The translations under genes and the position numbers were made by a program. Source: Callorhinchus milii (taxonomy: Eukaryota). From it: a stretch of 64,000 nucleotides of DNA. Under the pieces are notes generated by a model. It was not told where the DNA came from. It worked only from the letters and a program-made list of their open reading frames with translations, and ran no database searches. The stretch is taken from contig NW_024704743.1 of NCBI RefSeq assembly GCF_018977255.1, forward strand, positions 30,506,001 through 30,570,000, read 5' to 3'. Positions 50,011-60,825 of this stretch are shown piece after piece; positions within the stretch are counted from its first letter, which is position 1; each line of letters begins with the position of its first letter.

Positions 50011-52069
50011 TCCTTTCTTTAATTTGCCTTCAGCAGCAGCCTGATAAAACACAAGTCGAGAATGAGGATTCATTATCAGAGGAATGCTTGCATTCCAATA
50101 CATTTTACATTTCCATCCACCAGAATTAACACAGAGCATTCATGAAGACACTGCAGTCACATTTGTGCATTTGCCCAGCGCACAACCCCCAAGTGCAGCT
50201 TCTATGTCTGTATTTTTCTTCCTCCTGGGTGAAATTAATTCACGCCATGAAGTGTGAATTTAATCCTCAGGGGTCTAGTAAATTAGCTTGTGTGGCTTGT
50301 CAGGAGAGGACTAGTAAGTAATGCACTTTGATAAATCCTCAGGCCTTTCCTTGACCATAACCAGTCTCACGATATATGTGTGTATGTTGTGTATGTGTGT
50401 GTGTTATGAAGGAGAATAAACTCCGGTGGGAAATGATCCACATGAGACTGGCTTGTTTCACTACACTGCTTTCATTATGCGAGAATGCCAATTCAGTGCA
50501 CTCACACATCATCTGTCTAGCTGTGCTCTCTCGACTGCCACTCACCCACCACTCCTCCGGAGCTGTGGAAAATTAGACTCGCTGTCAGAAAAAGGCTCTC
50601 ACACACAAAAAAAATGTTTCCAGCCCTGCATTTAATCTTCACATCTCCAGTTTCATTCCCACTTCTGTAAATCTGTCCATGAAATGAGCCTTGAACATGA
50701 GATGGGAAGATAAAAAAAGACACCTTTTAGATTTTCTATTTCCAGACACGGGCAAGATTATCGTTTCTCATCATTATCAATTTCTTCCAGGGAGGTGGGG
50801 GGGGGGGGGGGGTTGGTGGTGTGGGGAGAGAGATTCAGGAGGAAAGTGGCGTATCCTCAGAGCTGAACTGGCTTAAAGGTGATGTGCTTGGCAATGCAAT
50901 GTCCGAATCAACTCAATCTTCTGTGGTGGTCTTGGTAGTCCAGTTCCGGGTCCGCAGTATCCCAGGGCACTGCTGATGACAGCACAGTCAGCCTGGCTCA
51001 TCAGCAGGACTTGGAGAAGCAGCCAGGTCACTGGGATTAGGGGCTTTTCCCACTCAGCTCCTGTTAACTCTTTAGAGCCAGTGGAAAAAACACAACTCGT
51101 ATCTTTCGAGTGGCACAATACAGGTTGGTGTCCCTGAGGTGCTTTATCAGTAGAGAATTAAAATTTCAGCCTTTGATATGGTCATCGGCGCTATCGATAT
51201 TTCCCACATTGTTCATCAGTGCAATTAACAAAGCCAGACGATAACTACCTGTGGGTATGACCACCCCACGGATTTCCCAATGGTCAGGCAGGCAGCTGCC
51301 ATTAGACTTGACCTAGCATCACAGTGCTAGCTTGTGAGAGACTAACTTAACCCAATAAAACAATCTCGGTTACATTGCTATCCTGTCCACCAGTAATCCA
51401 ATGCCATATTCCACATCTGACAGTAGCTGTGTGGCAGCTTTGAGGGCAACCATTGTGACAAGAGATGAGGAAGGAAAGGAGTAGAAATCACATGTGCACT
51501 CATCATTTGTTATGGACTGCCTTGCCAAACACATTGATCAGCAATGTGATAATTAGGACCGTGATATTTATCACATGTTGCAATTTTTACCTCTAGAGGC
51601 CATCGGGTCATAACGATAGGGAAGCGTGTGGGTTGAACTTATAGATAATCTTTGTGTGTTATTTTTACAGCACAGGATGTAATAAATCTGTTTAAAATGA
51701 GCCCATCTCTTCAAACAAACGAGGCCATGCCAGATTGTACAAGGAAGTACAGTAAGTTCCCAACAGATGTATTTCTCTACAGCTCCAGAGACCAGTGGGA
51801 TGTAAAAGAATGTGTACATTTTTGTCATCCCTTCTCCACTCTGGGGATCAAAGGAGGAGTTTTGCTTTCATAAATCCACAGCAAACAGATTTACAGGCAC
51901 CAGGAGTGCTGTACAAGATCATTTATCTGATCTGTGACTGACCAGTCACCATCTCCCAGGTATAATTAGGGTCCTGGGAACTGATTAAAATGGTGGATTT
52001 CTTCTTTCAAATAATCAGGGATATTCATCTATTTGTCTATTCCTCCCTTCTAACTCCATTCTAACCGCT

Positions 52070-52260
52070 TGTTATCAGTCCCTTTGCTCTATCCCTACAG
52101 CTGGTGGCTGAGCCTTTAGTCATTATGCCCCTGTTCTGTGGAACTCTCCCCAAATCCCTCCACCTTGTGCCTTCTCTCCCCACCTCCAAACCCTCTTAAA
52201 AATTGTATCTACTTGATCATGCCTTTGAACAGCACCACCAAATCTCCCCTTCCATCTGAT
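52070..52260 (+). mobile_element. L2 3' fragment
   Basis: ggtggctgagcctttag...tggaactctccccaaatccctccacc...ttgatcatgccttt. Confidence 0.65.
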
Positions 52261-52795
52261 AGTCATTTACCCTTTCTCCCTGTTCTGTTTTAGGCTAGAT
52301 ATTTTGGGCAGTCAGCCATGTGTCTTACACATGCGGAAACCTATTACCATGCATAAGAGTATCCAAACTAAACTGAGAATTCCATGCATCCCACCTACAC
52401 AAGGAAATTCCAGAGATTGTCGGAATGGAATGCGCACTCTTTCCCTGGAGGGACATATCCTGCTTACCTAATTCCAGAGAGGATTATATGCAGGTTGTCA
52501 GGAGCCAAGGATTGGGGATCCCAGAGTGTGCACTGGGGATTGTGGAGTCCATCCAGCTAAAACCGCAGAGCTTGCCATCGATAGCGCTCTCTGGCCAGGC
52601 TTATTCAGCACCAGCTGCTTAATCCCGGTCCTCATCTGGGGTGCCTAGGCAAATGGACGTGCCTGTTGTGAAGCAGTGTGCATTAGGCTGGACAGATCAA
52701 AAAGATAAGAATCATAGAAATTGCAGCAAAGGCCATTTGGTCTATGGAGCCTCCACTGTACTCTTACCTCAAATTCATTTTATAATATTGAAAGT

Positions 52796-53100
52796 GGAGT
52801 CCCTTCGCGTTGTGGTTAGCGCGCTCACCTCACAAGTGAGAGGACCCAGGTTCGATTACAGGACAGATCGTAACCTAGGCAAGTTTCTTTACTCCACATG
52901 CCTCTGTTTACCTAGCAGTAAGTAGGAACCTGGTTGTTAGTCAGTTGGCTTATTGTTTTTCAGGGGTAATAGCCCTCAAAAAATCCACGACTTTTTGTGG
53001 GACACTGCTGTGTGCAATTAGCTGCCACGTTTTGCCCACAAAATACACAATCACTCCACTTTACAATATATTCTGTAAAGGGCTTTGAGACGTTTTAATG
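52796..53100 (+). mobile_element. Family A SINE with tRNA-like head, tail lost
   Basis: ggagtccc...gtggttagcgcgctcacctcacaagtgagaggacccaggttcgatt...ggcaagtttctttactccacatgcctctgtttacctagcagtaagtaggaacc. Confidence 0.9.
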
Positions 53101-53259
53101 ACGAGGATTTGGTAAAAGAAAAGAAGTTTCACTGCAATTCTAGGATGTCTCCTGACTTTAGAGATAATTTTTAATGAAAAAATACCTCTTAGATTCAAGT
53201 AAATATAGTAATTGTCTTGTATTGTTGACTCAATCTCTGGTCTGGCTGAGATCGTTGAT

Positions 53260-53515
53260 CTTGGTCGGGACAGAAGCTGAGCTACAACTAGCTTACAATA
53301 GCAGTACAGCTCCCTTCACATGTGGTAGTGTTTTGGAGCACCTCAGTGACCCTGGGCTAAGAAGGAGGCAGGAATTCAGCCAACGAACCACATTCTAATC
53401 GTATCCGATGACACTGCTGCAAGATGCTCACATGCAGATGTCAAATGAGAACAGAATTCCATTCATCTGTAACATTAACCACTCTGGACGAACAGCCTGC
53501 TGTCACTGGTGCTCC
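53260..53515 (+). mobile_element. Ancient SINE-like repeat (family C)
   Basis: cctcagtgaccctgggctaag...ttcagcca...tatccgatgacactgctg...gaacagcctgctgtcact. Confidence 0.55.
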
Positions 53516-53633
53516 AGTCACTTTAATAAATGCAAATTGCTGCTATTGTATTTAGACCATTGTAGCTAAACATCTGTCCCGGCCAAGATCCGTGCTCTCG
53601 CCGCAGACCAGAGAATGAGTCAAAAATGTGTGA

Positions 53634-54012
53634 GCCTGGCGCAGTGGTAGCCCTCTCACCTGTGAGTCAGAAGGTTGTGGGTTGAAGCCCTACGTTGGGA
53701 CTTGAAAGCACATCGTCTAAGCCGACACTCGAATGCAGTGATGAGGGGGTGTTGCATTATCGGAGGTGCCTTCCGCCTGTTCAGGTGGATGACAAAGATC
53801 CGATGGAACTATTCAAAAAGAGAAGGGAGTTTCTCCCAGTGTCAAATTGGTGACTGACTCCATGGCTGTTTGTGAGACAATGCTGTGTACAATTGGCTGC
53901 CACGTTTCACTCACAAAATACAGTCAATCCACTTTACAGTATAGCCTGGGAAGTGCTTTGAGAAGACTCAACAGTGTAATAAAGCACAATATCAAATGCA
54001 AGGATTATTATG
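53634..54012 (+). mobile_element. Deu-domain SINE (family B)
   Basis: agcctggcgcagtggtagccctctcacctgtgagtcagaaggttgtgggttgaagccc...aaatgcaaggattatt. Confidence 0.88.
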
Positions 54013-55299
54013 ATCTAAAAGTTGTCCCTTGGGTAGTGGCTGATAGAGTATCTGTTGCCCAATGATCTGTGCACCAGGAGGCTTGCCCATCTCCAGGAGA
54101 GTGAGAGGGTGTTGAGAAAAATTTGGTGCGTGAAAAATTATTTAGAAACAAAGCTGCAGATGCTATCAGAAGTTAACTACCTTTTATCTGCATAGCAGGC
54201 CCTAACAGGCACGAGCCGTAAAATAAAGTGGCTGAACTGATCTAATCTACTGAGTACTAAATTTAGTAAATGTGTCCCAAGCACATAGGATTCACTAGTT
54301 GCAAAAGAGCTGCATCTAATAATACAGCACTGAGCAATGATTAATTTCTCATACATTTCAACACGTGCAACCGGTATTTAAAGCTCAACAGAAGACAAAT
54401 ACAGCTGTGGAGTGAGGATTTTGTGAAGGGAAAATGGCATAGCAAGTTCAACAGAAACTCAGTGGAAAACATAGTTTGTTGAGCCAGCTGTGCAGTTCCT
54501 CGTGGCTGCAGTGTGGGACAGAGGAGTCCAGCTGTTTTATTCCAGAAGTCAACCACCACCCATTCTTTCAACATTACAGCAAGACAATGAGCGTGAGAAG
54601 AGATGGCCAAGTAAGTGTATGCAGCTAGGGCATGTACATGGAAAGCAGTTGATGCATGTACATATAGCACCCTTCACGCAGGATGACATAGGGTACAGAT
54701 AGAGGTACCTCTTGCAAGTATTTCCCTGGGAACCTCCTAGCCTTCCACCAGCACCACTGTGGAAAAAACTGAGCAGTAAATCATCCACCCACATTAATCT
54801 ATTCATGCCCCACATAAAGGAAACACTAATGAACGTACATGTAAACACTCCATATTACATACTGATCTTCAAAATTAAAATGATTTTTATTGCACAGACT
54901 TGCATGCTTAATTTCTCCCCATCCATCTCACAGAAACTGCACTGAATGCTGCTGAGCAGAGCAGGTGACAAGAGAAATTGCATGTACCTCAGAAATAGGA
55001 ACCCCCTCCACTTCAAGCTGGTGTCCAAAAGTGTTTAATGGTTGTGTAGGGTCCACATCATTGAAACAAGGAGTCTATTAATTTCTGGCCAGGTGCTAAT
55101 GGCTGCAGTGGCCCATCAGTGCCCTTCTCCAGCAGTTTTCATAGTTCCAGAGCTTTGCACCCATTGAATTGCAGTTATACAACATGAGGGGTTGTTTCAA
55201 GAGGGCTTTATATACCAAAATATCTGCTTGAATATCCGTACTCTAAAAGGCTTCTCAACTAAGAGCAGTGCAACTGGTTGTATGTTAGTTCACACAGGT

Positions 55300-55858
55300 T
55301 TGCACATTGTGGGGGTGTGGAGGGGACAGTATGTCACTCAGCAGCGAGCCAACTATCTATCTGCCCACAAATATATATGAAACAAAATTGTTGTTTCACC
55401 CACAAAATATCTACAATCTATTCAGTATATTCAATATATACTTTGCAGTATATCCTGTGAAGTGCTTTAAGACATCTCAACAATGTGATGGGGCGCTATA
55501 TCAAATGCAAGGATGATTATTATTATTACTATTATTATTATCCATCCATCATTCCCTCACCAGTGACATTTGTGGGGCTCCTCATGTCCGCAGGATGAAG
55601 GAATTATGGGTTGAGCCCAGGTACTGCTATTTACAACCACAGTTTGTTACCACCCGTGTATAATTTATACCTTTATGGAGCGTAACCTTTACAGTTATAA
55701 AACAACAGGTGGGGCTCCAGTAGCGGAGTGCGAGCAGTCAATGCACATTCGCCTGCAAATACACTGTCATTCCACTTCATAGTAAAACGCTACAAAGTAC
55801 TTTGAGACGTCCTCCTGATGTGAAAGGCGCTATACCAAATGCAAGGATTATTATTATT
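55300..55858 (+). mobile_element. Two tandem SINE 3' modules (about 55300-55540 and 55700-55858)
   Basis: Each ends gcgctat.ncaaatgcaagga(tta)n. Confidence 0.75.
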
Positions 55859-56170
55859 TTGGAAAATCTGCTATTTGGGTAAAATTCTGCTGCCCTAGGT
55901 TATACATTATCATTTCATTACAAAGATGGCATTAGTCACTTGACTTAGTATATTTGAGACAGGAACCTCAGGCACACTGCTCTTCTTGCTTCTTGTATGT
56001 AATATTCCTGTCTCAGAGCCACCACCTGAGTGCTCTTCATAGTGCAACAGGTGCTCGCTCCAATAGAATTCATTCTGGCTTAAGACCACACATCAACAGA
56101 GTGCAATTTGTTGAAAGAGCCCTTACATGAAGGATGAGATTAAGTGGACCAAAGGGCCTTCTTCATCTAA

Positions 56171-56560
56171 AATAATAATCCTTGCATTTGATACTGCACT
56201 TTAATTGGAGGGTCTCGATACAGCACTTTAATGCATGATCTTGGTTTAATATCCTTGGAGGTGATGGCACCCCCAATATATCTCCCCCAGTACTGTATTG
56301 GAGTGTCAACCTAAACGGTGAATTCAAAAGCCATCAAGCTTGAAACCACAACCTTTCAACTTGAGGTGAGAGTGCTACCCAATGAGCCAGCTGACACTTC
56401 TGTAAATGCTTGTGGCAAAATGGTTCAGTTCAGTTCTGACAATCGGCTGCTGTGTTCGCCTACAAATACAGTCACTACACTTTGCAGTCAAGTTCTGTGA
56501 AATCCTTCGAGAAGGCCTCCCAATGTGAAGAACACTATATCAGATGTAAGGATTATTATT
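56171..56560. mobile_element. Deu-SINE fragments in opposite orientations (56171-56397 minus, 56440-56560 plus)
   Basis: Outward-facing (AAT)/(ATT) tails and a Deu core. Confidence 0.7.
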
Positions 56561-56889
56561 AGTAAAACCATTTTAATAAAGTTTTCTCCTTGATCAGAGT
56601 ATCTAAAATCTTATGAATGATTAGGCGCTCGCTAAGCTGTGGGTGATGGAGCCCAATATTACACACACCACAATGGGCTGATGCTGGGTTTTCATTGTGG
56701 TGTTGATACCCTCCTTTAGCTCTCAGAGGATTTAGAGCAGGGATTATAGAAAAGCAGTAATCCACTTTGCATTCTAAATGACTCCTGTTCAGAGCTGAGC
56801 TGATAATCAATCACATTTTCAAATTGGCAGAAATTAAAATAATTAACTAATCCACTCGTCACCACCCAGTCGCTTTACTGGAATATTCT

Positions 56890-57530
56890 TTCTCTCTCTC
56901 ACTCACTCACACAAACCGACACCACACAGCCAGACAGGCACATCACACATAGACAGTGGTCCCCCATCGACAGACACGCACACACTCATCCGCAACAGAT
57001 ATACAGACACGGTAAGACACAGACAGACAACCACAACAACTTGTATTTATATAGCACCCTTCACACAGGGCAGCGTTTCGGAGCGCTTAACAGTGGCAAA
57101 GACTGATACCAAGTTGGGGGGGGGTGGGGTGGGGGTGACCGTAAGCATAGTTGAAGAAGAAGGTCTTCAGGTGTGATCTGAAAAAGGGGAAGGAGGGAGT
57201 AAGGCAGAGGGATTGAGGGAAAGAATTCCAAGGATTCATTGTGAGGCAGTGGAGGAGGATGGCATGATCGACTGTCTTGAATGAAGCGGAGAGGTTCAGG
57301 AGGACAAGACACAGACAAATACAACACACAGGCGGACAGACACACCACACATAGACAGAGTCCACCCATCCACCACCCCCGAGACAGACACACACACATC
57401 CTCAATAGACACAGGCAGACAGCCACACCACACATAGACAGAGCCCTTCACAGACAGACAGAAACAACACATCCACAACATAGCCAGACATAGATAGACA
57501 CAGACCTGAACACGCGCACACAAACACAAG
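56890..57530. repeat. Degenerate (CA)/(CAGA) simple repeat interrupted by an L2
   Basis: Direct reading on both sides of 57028-57308. Confidence 0.85.
57028..57308 (-). mobile_element. Internally deleted L2 fragment
   Basis: ORF 57087..57395 joins LVLLNLSASFKTVDHAILLHCL (RT core) to WNSFPQSL...FRSHLKTFFF (ORF2 end); (CAA)n tail. Confidence 0.85.
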
Positions 57531-58828
57531 CATATTCTGTCTGTTTGTTCAGATCCTGTGCTACAAAAGAGACGGATGAGGTGCAGCAGTGAACAAGCAA
57601 GCACCCGAAAACACATTCCAAGGCTTCATTATGTTTAGCTGAGCAGAGCTGTGTATGGGAATGAAAGATGTGATCTGAATGAGCTAGAGGGGAAGAGGAT
57701 GGGTGGGGGAGGGGAAGGATGGGGGATGGGGGAACAGATTCCCTCATTCGACATAATATCGGCACAGCAATATCAAAGACACTGAGCACACAACTGACCA
57801 GCCATTTGTGCTCCCATTGTGATGGCTCTAACCTGTTCAAATATTTAATTGATCAATAGAATGATGAATTAACAAACCGATTGGCGACTGGAGCACTGCG
57901 CTCACATTGATTGACTTTTCTTTTTAAAAACAAATCAAAAACACTTTCGCCAAAAAACTGGAAAATGAATAATAAAAATTGCAGCGTGTCTGTGCAACCA
58001 GCAATTTAAAAAGAATGAAACCTCCTCCCGCAAGCATACAATCTCCACTTCACTACAGGTCATTCCAGATCACACACTTGAAAGATCGACCAGATCTATT
58101 CAAAGACTGAAAATGCCAAACAAAAAAAATGACTGTGGGTGTAAGAAATTAGCATTTCGCTTCCTTCCCCCCTCCCCAAAAAAATACTGTGAGATTTTTG
58201 GAATTCTACTCAGGAAAATCTTATTTTTTATTTAAAAGCAGAAAGTTACACACCAACCATTCTTCTGGCTGAGATATTGCCTTACGTGCTAATGCATGGG
58301 TTGGGGGGGGGGAGAGAAAGAGAGAGACACTGGTGTGACTTTAAATAATTTACACCTGTAAATAGGGCATGTGGTCTCAAGCTCATATCTAATCAATCTG
58401 GATCTGTTAGCCTATAATAAAAGATATCACCTTTGCCCCATTTTTGATTGATTTTTCCAAAGCTATACACACTGACTGACAATTCCCTAAACAATTTCTT
58501 TCATGGCTGCATGAAACTGAGTGAGACAGACCATGTATAATAGAAAGCAAATGGATTTTGCGAAGGAGCGGCAGCTCGGCAGCCCTCTCCCCGGCTGGAG
58601 ATGACGTGGACATTCTCCATCCCCACGTCTGTCTGGACCGTGCACTGCATTCACACACTGGCTAATGCATGGCAGCCAACATGTGACAAGCCCTCTCTGG
58701 TCAACACTCAAGAGATTGTGGGTTCTTTGAAAACTGAAGGAGCCTGTGAGCATGCAGATAAACAGTCTAGCTCAGCAAACTGTTTAAAAGCTATTCATGA
58801 TTTTTTAATACATATATATATACATCGT

Positions 58829-59421
58829 CTGGTGGCACAATGACATACTACTCTGTTAGAGCACAGTCAAATATGTAAACATGTGTTTTTATATATGGTA
58901 CACATACAGTATATCTATACATATATGTACACATACGTAAATGTGTAGTTTATATGTATAAAGGTAGACATATTATATACTGTACACGTATTTTATAATC
59001 TGTGTAATATATATGTGTGTATGCATTTTACATATTATATATAGTATTTGTGATACATATTATATATAATGATTAAAAAGCACGTGTGCTCATTGTAACT
59101 ACAAAGTCGTAGAAGTAAGACAGAAAAATCAGCCTTAATAGTCAGATGAAGCTTTTAATTCCACTCAGATTTTATCATTTTAGCTGCAGGGTACATGAGG
59201 GAGAGCTTCATCTCCTCCCCCTAAACTCCCTTAGCAACATAGTCATCCTATCAGCGCTCCGTAGTCCTCACCTAATGAGCCGCACTTCAAGTAGGTCAGC
59301 CGGCATTCTAATGACACCGCGGTCGGCTGGCCCTACGGTTCCGTATGTCTGCCTTACCCCATAATAACCTCAATTGCCTGGTGACACAATGACATACTAC
59401 TCTGTTAGAGCACAGTCAAAT
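58829..59421. repeat. 44-bp direct repeat pair (58829-58872 and 59378-59421)
   Basis: ctggtg(g/a)cacaatgacatactactctgttagagcacagtcaaat, one mismatch. Confidence 0.95.
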
Positions 59422-60254
59422 CACGCTGCATTATTCCGCCTCGAGCATCGCTGCCAGAGCCGAGCGGCATCAATCAGCCAGCTATTCACATGCACTACTG
59501 GCTCCAGCACAAAAGAGTCCGTTCATTAATGACCAGCTGTTTGGACTAACATCCAAACAAAACAAAGTCGGACTAATATCCAAACAAGATAAAGTCCCGT
59601 CCCATTCCCACCCCCCCACCCCCACCCCCACCTTCTCCCCACCCTCCCAGTCTGACATTCCACATCTGCCCGATTATGCTCATCCACTTAAGTGTGAGCT
59701 ATGAATTAAAAGCAATTCAGCATTGAAACTGTTCAAAAACATGTACATGTCTGTCTCCCGCAGCTCGAGCTTCTCCTACACAGACCAGGCGGGTTTGAAG
59801 ATGTTTGAGTTCGAACACTGGTCCGGAATGCCACCCTGTCTGGACAACAATCCGCTCCAGCCCCGCCAGCGTTATTCCCACTCACCATCATGTGTACAAC
59901 GCACACTCTGGGGTCCCCAAGCCTTGGCTCTCGACAATTTGTGCCTAATACTTTCCAGTATTAGGTAAACAGGATGAGTTCCTCCGGGCAGAGAGTCCAT
60001 TCCAACAATTGATCTCTGGAATTTCCATGTAGGTGTGATGCATGGAATTCTCAGCTTGGTTTGGATATTATTAAGCATGGTGATGGATTTCCTCATGTGT
60101 CAGACACCCAGCTGACCAAAAAATGTGTGTGAAGTGCGGTGTTATGTGACAGCCCAACCCAATCATATACCCCGGTCCCAGACGTTCAATCAAGTGTCAT
60201 TTCTTTCATCCTAGCCATCTGTATTTTGGTAGCAGTCTGACATATGATACATAA

Positions 60255-60825
60255 CACAGTCATGTGAACATTTGTGTTAATTTGACCCACATCATGATCA
60301 TGTGAACATTGGTATCAAAGATAATAATAATCCTTGCATTTGATATAGCACCTTATCACTTCTTCGAGACATCTCAAAGCGCTTTACAGAATATACTATG
60401 AAATGAATTGATTATATATTTTGTGGGCGAAACGCAGCCAATTGCACACAGTAGTGTCTCACAAATAGTCGTAGATTAAGTGACCAAATTATTATTTTTT
60501 TTGAAGGGATTACTACGCCCGAAAAGCTATCTGTCAATCAACTAACAACCGGGTTCCTATTTACTGCTAGGTAATCAGAGGCATGTGGAGTAAGGAAACT
60601 TGCTTAATGTTTTGCCCTAACATTATCGTTAGTGTTAATGTGACCCAACTCATAGTCATGTGAACATTGGCATCAAACTAACATGTGACACATAACAACA
60701 AAATTACATTTATAGTGCCTTTCACATGAAAAGGATGTTCCATATCACAGTCATGTGTGCATTGGCTTCAAACTAACATGCAACGCATATCACCGCCATG
60801 CATATATTGGTGTTAAACCAACACA
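60255..60825. repeat. Degenerate ~38-46-bp minisatellite split by a SINE and an L2 tail
   Basis: Recurring (ag)tcatgtgaacattgg..tcaaa/ttaa units. Confidence 0.7.
60321..60618 (-). mobile_element. Family A SINE, head truncated
   Basis: Colinear with 387-695. Confidence 0.92.

Noticed and set aside
52575..52615. TTCAGCACCA, the left half of a REST/NRSE site
   Set aside because: The GGACAG right half is missing at canonical spacing
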